Shown here one piece after another: positions 58,101 to 64,000 of a DNA stretch of 64,000 bases. The translations under genes and the position numbers were made by a program. The stretch's first letter is position 1, and each line of letters starts with the position of its first letter. The notes under the pieces are model-generated. The model saw only the letters and a list, made by a program, of their open reading frames with translations, ran no database searches and was not told where the DNA came from. Origin of the DNA: an uncultured Gammaproteobacteria bacterium (GTDB taxonomy: Bacteria > Patescibacteriota > Patescibacteriia > Magasanikbacterales > GWA2-37-8); assembly GCA_964355175.1 (NCBI GenBank), contig CAYHBZ010000002.1:28426-92425 (forward strand), read 5' to 3'.

Positions 58101-60857
58101 TATGTTTCCGGGAATTATGCTTATGTGGCGAGCTTTTTTTCTAAGTCATTGGCAGTAGTGGATATTTCAGATCCGACTACACCGGTGGTATCAGCTGGTT
58201 TGATAGATGCTGTAAATTTAGATGATTCTAAAAGCGTATATGTTTCTGGAAAATATGCTTATGTAGCTTCAAATAATGGTGACAGGATCTCTATTGTGGA
58301 TATTTCTACTACTAGTACTTTAAGGGTGGTGGGGAGTTACAGTAGTAGTATGACAAACGGTCCTTTGTCAGTTTTTATTTCTGGAAAATATGCTTATGTA
58401 GCTTCCGTAAATTCGACTAATCTGGCCATCTTAGATATTAAGGGAGCTGATATAAGCTCCGCCAGTATAGGAAATATCAATTCCAACGACCTGACTGTTT
58501 GGGAGAATGTTGATGTTGGAAATAATTTATTTGTGAATAGCGCCATAAATGTCGGCGGAGGTTTGAACAGTAATGGTCCTATATCAATTAATACAAATTT
58601 AACTGGAGGAGCACTTTTTCAAATTTCTTCCAGTACCAACTCCTCAATCTTTACTATTTTGTCCAATGGTAACGTCAGCATCAATACCACTTCTTTTGGT
58701 GGCACTTCTTATAAATTAAGAATAGATGCTGGCGATATAGCTAATGGAGCTATTGGTACCAATGGGTTTATAAGAGCCACTTCCTATATAACTGCTAGCA
58801 CTACCTTAGACTTGGCTGAAACATATCCTATTAATGGTTCCTGTTCTGATAATGGCAGTTGTCCAACCGACGGTGATGTAGTTTGTAGTGATTCAACGGT
58901 GCTAGAAGGTGTAAAAAAGTGTACTTTAAATGATTTGCATCATATTATTGGTATAATTTCTACTAATCCTGGTTTCTTATTGGGTGGAGGAGATTTTTCC
59001 AACCCAACTCAAAATCTAGGTAGAGTCAAAGTGGCGTTAGCCGGTCGTGTTCCAGTAAAAGTTTCTTCTTTAAATGGCCCGATTGTTGCCGGTGATAAAT
59101 TAACTTTGTCCGATGTTGATGGTGTAGCGACCAAAGCTGTTGGCGAGGGTCCGGTAGTGGGCATAGCGATGGAGTCTTATTCAGGAAATACGCAAGGAAG
59201 TATTATCGTTTTTGTAAATTTAGGTTGGCAAAATCAACTTTATAAAGTTTTATCTTTAAAAACCGATATTGCAACTTTAGAATTAGGCAGTAGTGAGGTG
59301 CCTTATAATTTGTCTTTAAGTGGTGACTTGGTAATGTCTAATAATCTTTTAAATAAACTTTCATTTGGAGGGTCAGCTTTATTTGAAACTCAAACTTCGG
59401 CGGCTAATGCCTTTATATTTAATGCTTCAAATTATTCTACTTCTAGTAACCAATATTTATTATCATTGCGTTCCAATAATGATCCGCGTTTTTCAGTAAT
59501 GTCGAACGGAGACACTCATACTGTTGGAAATATTTATGCTGCCGGCGCTATTTTTGGCACATCCACTAATCCTGGTGATTTGGCTGAAAGAGTAGATCTC
59601 GCTTCTGATGACGCGGTAGAGCCTGGTGATGTTCTGGTGGTGGATATACAGAATCCTGACACCTATCGTCGCAGTAGTAACGCTAACGAACAAGCAGTGG
59701 CCGGAGTAGTGTCTACCAATCCTAGTATTATAGTGGGAAATGGCAAGACTTCGTATACTACCGTAATGGCCATGGTTGGCCGAGTTCCTTTAAAAGTTTC
59801 CAATGAAAATGGAGAAATCAAAAGAGGTGATTTATTGGTGAGTGCTTCTACGGTCGGTTATGCTATGAAATATAATTCACAAGTAGATACAAATGAGAAA
59901 GTGGTTGGAATTATCGGTGTGGCATTAGAACCATTTTCCGGAGAAAGCGGCAAAATCATGGCATTAATTCGTACCGGTTGGATCAGTAATAATACATCAG
60001 CCTTGTCGGTGGTAAAAAGTGATTTGCAAAAATTGGCAGACGCACAAGGAATGGCTTTGGGATCAAAACAAAATTTAAGTATTCAAAATGTTGGAGGCGC
60101 TCTAGCTTATAGTAGTGGAGATTTAAATTTACAAGGAAATAAATTATTAAATGTAGCCGCTATTTTTGGTAGAAATAATCGTTGGTCAATTGATGAACAG
60201 GGAAGGTTTATTACCCGTGTTTCCACCTCACAAGGAGAAAAGGATATGTACGCGATGCAGTCAGCAAATTCCGAATTTGTTTTTTCTAGTTCTTCACAAT
60301 TGATTGCTGGGGAGGTAAAAATTATATTTGACCAGTATGTTCAAGAGATAATAGATCAACAGCAACCAATAAAAATTAATATTACTTTGACTTCTGGTGA
60401 AGCCAAAGGTATTTATGTTAGCGAAAAAAATCCTCAAGGGTTTATTGTAAAAGAATTAGGCGATGGCAATAGCAGTGCAAGTTTTGATTGGATAGTGGTA
60501 GCTCGAAGCAAGGAGATAGAACAATCGCCAAGCGCTGACTTGATAAATAATTTAATTAACATTAATTCGGATAATTCTATTCCCGGAATTGATCCTGCTA
60601 CGGCAAGTGCCGATAATTCTGTTTTATCTCCGGTAGAAATATTAGATTCACTCTCACAAACAGGTTCTTCAAGTCCAATTTTAACTTCAGAATCCAATAA
60701 TGTTGAGCCAACTACTACTAATCCTGCGCCCTCTGTGGAAATTAGCTCTCCAGTTATAGCTCCGCCGGCTGAAGTTGTTTCTCCTGTTTCCGTCCCCGCT
60801 GCCGAACCTGATCCAGCCACGGTAGTCGAACAAGTTCCAACTCCGGCTACCCCCTAA
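55176..60857 (+). CDS. giant (1893 aa) LVIVD-repeat beta-propeller surface protein with tandem C-terminal modules and Pro-rich tail
   Basis: N-terminal TM. At least 14 repeats of the form GKYAYVAD...G..I.DIS.P (LVIVD repeat). Duplicated ~170-aa module (...GVVSTNP.I..G...VAL.GRVPVKVS..NG.I..GD.L...). C-terminal PAPSVEISSPVIAPPAEVV tail. Confidence 0.65.
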   Translation: MDEKVAKIKQGERNRNFWYTAVFLFLFSLLAFIGKNLALAADAPAVVTYQGKLLVNGSTATTTQSIKFVLYDALTSGTALYTASGTIGTPTAVSTTVSNGFFTINLGDTGTNSLDPAVFKNNSSVYLEVIIGSETLSPRKRLTAAPYAFNAKYLDGISATATPQTFAYIPVADASGNLNFKNVTSTALVVTGESNLATTTLSTLNSTDVNGTNLNFINGRILFLTSSGTATLTDLTVLGSGVLATTTIASSTIGHLNVTNTTTIGGMLRITGNSYFGTVASGTWNGTAVSSVYGGTGQNSSGWTGFIKLTAGVWSTSTISTNDLSNSSTLAFLAGNQTFTGNNTFSATSTFATATFSGYLGIGTTTPEERLHIYNGNLRIDGPVNPTAVGSYNTSGNALNIKVSGKYAYVADGASGLEIFDMSFPLSPALVSTYDTFGIAYDVEIVGRYAYVADDTSGLLIIDIENPGIPRLVGSYDTSGNSVSVYVSGKYAYVADQTGGIRIIDVSNPYNPILVSTISATSADDIYIRGKYAYVADYGGGFKVVDISDPVNPFIVTSTGSGLANSVHVIGRYAYVSFNTSTNNIIAYNISNPTSTVQTDTFSTTNAAQGVFFSGNYLYAIDTTTFYIFNPGSFSIVGSYALNETKSLTIVGKYAYISNGSSGISILDIKGADITAANIGSVSTNNLTVWENVEIGNNISVRSGLNVGLGGILSNGPLSINFSSYTTTSLFSISASSSPVVDILGDGKVGIGTSTPQQKLHLYDGTLLVDTPANPTLVGSLIFDSTPAARSVYVAGKYAYVLTNNGLVSINVDNKANPTAISYLSISGTTGAFDRSLVVAGKYAYVVANSANTLNVVDISNPKLMSIVGTVTSDSVLTNPASMYVSGQYAYIASNGTSTVAVVDIANPASPRVVGSVRDTNKLSSVKGIYVRGKYAYAVSSDNNYLVVIDVSTPTAPTIVGSIADSTNMNGAYSVYVSGNYAYVASFFSKSLAVVDISDPTTPVVSAGLIDAVNLDDSKSVYVSGKYAYVASNNGDRISIVDISTTSTLRVVGSYSSSMTNGPLSVFISGKYAYVASVNSTNLAILDIKGADISSASIGNINSNDLTVWENVDVGNNLFVNSAINVGGGLNSNGPISINTNLTGGALFQISSSTNSSIFTILSNGNVSINTTSFGGTSYKLRIDAGDIANGAIGTNGFIRATSYITASTTLDLAETYPINGSCSDNGSCPTDGDVVCSDSTVLEGVKKCTLNDLHHIIGIISTNPGFLLGGGDFSNPTQNLGRVKVALAGRVPVKVSSLNGPIVAGDKLTLSDVDGVATKAVGEGPVVGIAMESYSGNTQGSIIVFVNLGWQNQLYKVLSLKTDIATLELGSSEVPYNLSLSGDLVMSNNLLNKLSFGGSALFETQTSAANAFIFNASNYSTSSNQYLLSLRSNNDPRFSVMSNGDTHTVGNIYAAGAIFGTSTNPGDLAERVDLASDDAVEPGDVLVVDIQNPDTYRRSSNANEQAVAGVVSTNPSIIVGNGKTSYTTVMAMVGRVPLKVSNENGEIKRGDLLVSASTVGYAMKYNSQVDTNEKVVGIIGVALEPFSGESGKIMALIRTGWISNNTSALSVVKSDLQKLADAQGMALGSKQNLSIQNVGGALAYSSGDLNLQGNKLLNVAAIFGRNNRWSIDEQGRFITRVSTSQGEKDMYAMQSANSEFVFSSSSQLIAGEVKIIFDQYVQEIIDQQQPIKINITLTSGEAKGIYVSEKNPQGFIVKELGDGNSSASFDWIVVARSKEIEQSPSADLINNLININSDNSIPGIDPATASADNSVLSPVEILDSLSQTGSSSPILTSESNNVEPTTTNPAPSVEISSPVIAPPAEVVSPVSVPAAEPDPATVVEQVPTPATP

Positions 60858-60901
60858 GGTATTGAAATTTTTTTAAGTTATGTTATAATGGAAAACGTTG
60901 C

Positions 60902-60978
60902 GGGCCTTTAGCTCAGCTGGCTAGAGCGCTTCCATGGCATGGAAGAGGTCAAGGGTTCAAATCCCTTAAGGTCCACCA
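60902..60978 (+). tRNA. tRNA-Ala (anticodon GGC), CCA encoded
   Basis: GGGCCTT acceptor with G3:U70. Anticodon loop ATGGCAT. T-loop GTTCAAATC. CCA present. Confidence 0.85.
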
Positions 60979-61020
60979 ATTAAAAAAAGCGGCTTAATAA
61001 CCGTTTTTTATATATCAAAT

Positions 61021-62094
61021 ATGTCATTTTCAATTGGAATTGTCGGACTGCCAAATGTTGGTAAGTCTACACTATTTAACGCTTTGACTCGCAGTAAGCA
61101 AGCCCAAGCGCAAAACTATCCTTTTTGTACCATCGACCCAAATGTCGGTGTGGTAGAAGTGCCTGATAATCGTTTGGCTCAGTTGAGTAAATCTTCCGAA
61201 TCAAAAAAAATTATACCAACAGTGATTGAATTTGTGGATATTGCTGGCCTGGTGAAGGGCGCTTCCGAAGGTCAGGGTCTAGGTAATAAATTTTTGTCTC
61301 ATATCCGTGAAGTAGACGCTATTGCTCAGGTGGTGCGTGCTTTTAGCGACAGCAATGTGATTCATGTAAATAATAAAGTGGATCCAAAAGATGATGCCGA
61401 TGTTATTAATTTGGAATTGGCTTTGGCTGATTTGCAGACCGTAAGTAAAAGATTGGATAATGCTAAAAAAGCCGCCAAAGGAGTCGCCGCTAAAGATTTT
61501 GCCAAACAAATTGAATTATTGGAAAAAGTTAATGCTCAATTGCAACAAGGAAAACCGGCGCGTGAATTGGAATATGATGAAGAAGAAATGGAAATAATGC
61601 GTGAATTGCAATTGCTCACCATGAAGCCAATGTTGTATGTGGTAAATATAGATGAAAGTCAAAATAATGAAAATAAATTTGTTCCCCCAGCAGGTACCGA
61701 GATGATTGAAATTAGTGCCAAGCTTGAAGCCGAATTGGCCGAGCTCAGCGTAGAAGAAGCGGCTGAATATTTACAATCACTGGGAATGTCTCAGACTGGT
61801 TTGGATAAATTAGTAACCGCTAGTTATAAATTATTGGAATTAGTAACTTATTTTACTTCCGGTGAAGTGGAAACACGCGCCTGGACCGTAAAGAAAAATA
61901 CCAAGGCCCCTAATGCCGCCGGTGTAATTCACACGGATTTTGTAAAAGGTTTTATCAAAGCCGATGTCTGCGATTGGAAAGATTTTGTAGAATTTGGCGG
62001 ATGGAGCGGAATAAAAACTAGTGGCAAATTGCGCTTGGAAGGAAAAGATTATATTGTGAAAGACGGTGATACGGTATATTTTCACATAGCGTAA
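61021..62094 (+). CDS. ychF: ribosome-binding ATPase YchF (Obg-family GTPase fold with TGS domain)
   Basis: GIVGLPNVGKSTLFNALT P-loop. DIAGLVKGAS. C-terminal TGS domain. Confidence 0.9.
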   Translation: MSFSIGIVGLPNVGKSTLFNALTRSKQAQAQNYPFCTIDPNVGVVEVPDNRLAQLSKSSESKKIIPTVIEFVDIAGLVKGASEGQGLGNKFLSHIREVDAIAQVVRAFSDSNVIHVNNKVDPKDDADVINLELALADLQTVSKRLDNAKKAAKGVAAKDFAKQIELLEKVNAQLQQGKPARELEYDEEEMEIMRELQLLTMKPMLYVVNIDESQNNENKFVPPAGTEMIEISAKLEAELAELSVEEAAEYLQSLGMSQTGLDKLVTASYKLLELVTYFTSGEVETRAWTVKKNTKAPNAAGVIHTDFVKGFIKADVCDWKDFVEFGGWSGIKTSGKLRLEGKDYIVKDGDTVYFHIA

Positions 62095-62104
62095 TTAGGA
62101 GTAC

Positions 62105-62298
62105 TTAAATTTAAAAACAAAACACCTCCTATTTTTTACCTGATAAAAGTTCGCATAATTGGCTATAAATTTTCGTTATGGCCCTAAGGGTAGGGCCATT
62201 GTCCCGACTAAGTCGGGACACCACTCAAATTTACTTACGCCAATTAGGGGCTCACTTTTATGCGGTAAAAAATAGGAGGTGTTTTGTTTTTAAATTTA
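62105..62298. repeat. structured ~195-bp palindrome-flanked element, copy B
   Basis: Outer perfect inverted repeat aaatttaaaaacaaaacacctcctatttttt / aaaaaataggaggtgttttgtttttaaattt. Core differs from copy A at 3 positions (2 in a hairpin loop, 1 in an internal 2x2 mismatch). Lies between convergent ychF and a methyltransferase gene. Confidence 0.75.
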
Positions 62299-63462
62299 AA
62301 CTTTCTTAAATCTCCAAATTTCACGGCCTAAATGTTGGGTTTCGCGCCAGTATAGCAGGTGTTTTTCTTCTTCTATTATACAATCATTTTCAAATCCAAG
62401 GTCTTCGATTTCTTCCTCACAGTCGATAGTTACCCAGCCATCGCGAGTTTTAAATCTAGGGATGATAAATACTACTACGCCATCATCCTTTAGTACTTTA
62501 TGAAATTGGGTGAAAGATTCTAAGTATAATCTTTTCAACTCAAGAGCCTGTTGTTCTAATACTAAAGCACTCTCGCTACCGCGCAATGGTTTTCCTAAGT
62601 AAGGCTCGGTAATAATTGCGTCCACTGAGTCGGATTTTATTTTTTGAGAAATTCTTGTAACATCTCCCACAAAAATTTTAATATCGTCAGTATTATTTTT
62701 TATTTGAAAATTGGTTTTTAGCCATTGCAGATTGAGGATAGTGTCGTTGATAGCCTTATCGGAAATATCCACGGCGATAATTTTTTTATAGCCCATTAAG
62801 ACCGCTTCACTAATTACAGTGCCTGAACCGCAAGAGGGATCAAAAATAGTTTTATCGGTTTTGGTAGTGGCAAGATTAATCATCATCATGGCCAATTTGG
62901 GCGGCAACATACCACTTTCATCGTCGCGTCCTGGTCGGCCGAAATCACGTTTGGAAAAGTCGTCTATTGCTTGAATGGCCGCGGTCATGAAAAGTTCATC
63001 CTGGTAGATTTCAATATCGGCTCCGGATTTAATCAGATTATTATAAATTACAGTGGCGGAATTTTTGGCTTCCACATAGCGGGCGGAGCGGCCCATATGT
63101 TTGAGCATTTTTTTTGTTTCAATACCAAGCGACACGGAACCGTTTATAGAAAATTCAATTTTTCCTTCAGTAATATGCTCGTTTAAAAATTTAGCCAGCT
63201 GAGAGGGGTTTTTTATTTTTCCGATAGAATAGGCAATTTTGATAGTGCCTCCTAATTTTTTTATTAGGTCGTTGGCGTTTGGAAAATGAGCGGCACTAAT
63301 AATTAGCTTATTTTCTTGATTATGAACAATCTCATAATCAATCTTATTTAATAAAAATAAAGCCTTGATTTCGACAAAAGACAGGACAGTTTCGCGTCCC
63401 AAAATAAATAGCCATTTATTTTTTACCGGAGATTGAGCTGGTAGGGGTGTTTTCGTTGCCAT
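62296..63462 (-). CDS. THUMP-domain class I SAM-dependent RNA (tRNA/rRNA guanine-N2-like) methyltransferase
   Basis: N-terminal THUMP-like region. DPSCGSGTV motif I typical of Trm14/RlmL-type enzymes. NPPY-like catalytic region. Confidence 0.65.
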   Translation of the reverse strand: MATKTPLPAQSPVKNKWLFILGRETVLSFVEIKALFLLNKIDYEIVHNQENKLIISAAHFPNANDLIKKLGGTIKIAYSIGKIKNPSQLAKFLNEHITEGKIEFSINGSVSLGIETKKMLKHMGRSARYVEAKNSATVIYNNLIKSGADIEIYQDELFMTAAIQAIDDFSKRDFGRPGRDDESGMLPPKLAMMMINLATTKTDKTIFDPSCGSGTVISEAVLMGYKKIIAVDISDKAINDTILNLQWLKTNFQIKNNTDDIKIFVGDVTRISQKIKSDSVDAIITEPYLGKPLRGSESALVLEQQALELKRLYLESFTQFHKVLKDDGVVVFIIPRFKTRDGWVTIDCEEEIEDLGFENDCIIEEEKHLLYWRETQHLGREIWRFKKV

Positions 63463-63766
63463 AGTAGAATATATTTTTTATTTTGTTATCAATAGTGGGT
63501 AAACCCTTTTTTAGCTTGATGGCGGCTTGGGCGCTCTCAAATGAGCGTGCGTCAATCGCGTCAATATTTGCTCCGGAGTTCAGTATAACAATTGCTTGGG
63601 CATTGTCCAGGGTGATATAGGTATATAAATATAGAAAATTGACGGTCCACATGATGCTTCCTATCAATAATCCTATAACAACCAGCTCAAAAATCTTCCA
63701 GGCGGTATATTTACCCGGTTTTTTGAATAGATTGAGTGATTTAGTTAGATTAGCGTTTAGCGGCAT
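63416..63766 (-). CDS. hypothetical membrane protein
   Basis: ORF with one TM helix. The ATG at 63766 is preferred over the TTG at 63775 listed in the ORF track. Confidence 0.35.
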   Translation of the reverse strand: MPLNANLTKSLNLFKKPGKYTAWKIFELVVIGLLIGSIMWTVNFLYLYTYITLDNAQAIVILNSGANIDAIDARSFESAQAAIKLKKGLPTIDNKIKNIFYYGNENTPTSSISGKK

Positions 63767-64000
63767 ATAATACAAGATCCAAATTTAAGATAGCGGCTTG
63801 GGGGTTGTCGGCAGGGGTAGAGAATCCAGGTGAAAAATGGACGGTTTTTACTTGTAAAAAATAAATTTGTTTTTCCAATGCCAGCAGATATTGTAATAAA
63901 TTTTGATAATTTCCTGTCACAGTCAGCGAAATATGAAGGGTATTTCCAGGTTTATCCAGATCAGTGTTATTTATTTTTTGATTTACTTGGTAGGTGTCCG
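63750..64000 (-). CDS. type IV pilus assembly protein PilO/PilN-like, C-terminal fragment (gene continues beyond window)
   Basis: Open frame running off the window edge. C-terminal sequence ...LHISLTVTGNYQNLLQYLLALEKQIYFLQVKTVHFS... resembles the conserved PilO C-terminal region (isL.v.G.Y..l..Fl..le...r.v.v.sl.l). Confidence 0.35.
   Translation of the reverse strand, partial: DTYQVNQKINNTDLDKPGNTLHISLTVTGNYQNLLQYLLALEKQIYFLQVKTVHFSPGFSTPADNPQAAILNLDLVLYAAKR

Noticed and set aside
1-64000. Search for CRISPR arrays, integrases, transposases or phage structural genes
   Set aside because: No regularly spaced direct repeats and no recombinase or transposase-like ORFs were seen. The copper island therefore has no recognisable mobility genes in this window.

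Overview
This 64 kb window is AT-rich with short intergenic spacers and reads like a Patescibacteria/CPR-type bacterial chromosome. Core housekeeping genes: partial dnaN, a ribE-ribH-ribA-ribD riboflavin operon, class A PBP, comM, lspA, a dksA-family gene, the rpsL-rpsG-fusA str operon, uvrD/pcrA, tgt, rlmH, trpS, ychF, ppiB, rmuC, and six tRNAs (Asn, Ser x2, Arg, Ala x2). Non-core content: (1) A compositionally distinct, clearly GC-richer copper/nitrite island (csoR-DUF302-multicopper oxidase-SHOCT-nirK on the minus strand, facing a lipoprotein-cusB-cusA efflux set on the plus strand), next to a HigB/HigA-like toxin-antitoxin pair with a third co-transcribed ORF. (2) A ~195 bp GC-rich structured element present in two copies, each sitting between convergent genes, with identical cores but different outer stems that stay perfectly complementary. 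(3) A ~190 nt GC-rich extended-hairpin RNA candidate with 6S-like architecture between convergent genes. (4) A 760 bp non-coding stretch downstream of fusA that holds a GC-rich block and two inverted copies of a 24 bp near-palindrome, which recurs a third time ~38 kb away. (5) A tRNA-Arg/tRNA-Ala locus cluttered with tRNA-fragment repeats and perfect hairpins. (6) A large surface-protein locus (O-antigen-ligase/TPR protein, small secreted proteins, a ~1000 aa FN3/Cys-repeat/CarbopepD-like protein, a ~1900 aa LVIVD beta-propeller protein) and a lamin-tail-domain surface protein. A partial type IV pilus assembly gene (pilO-like) runs off the right edge. No CRISPR array, integrase or transposase gene was seen.
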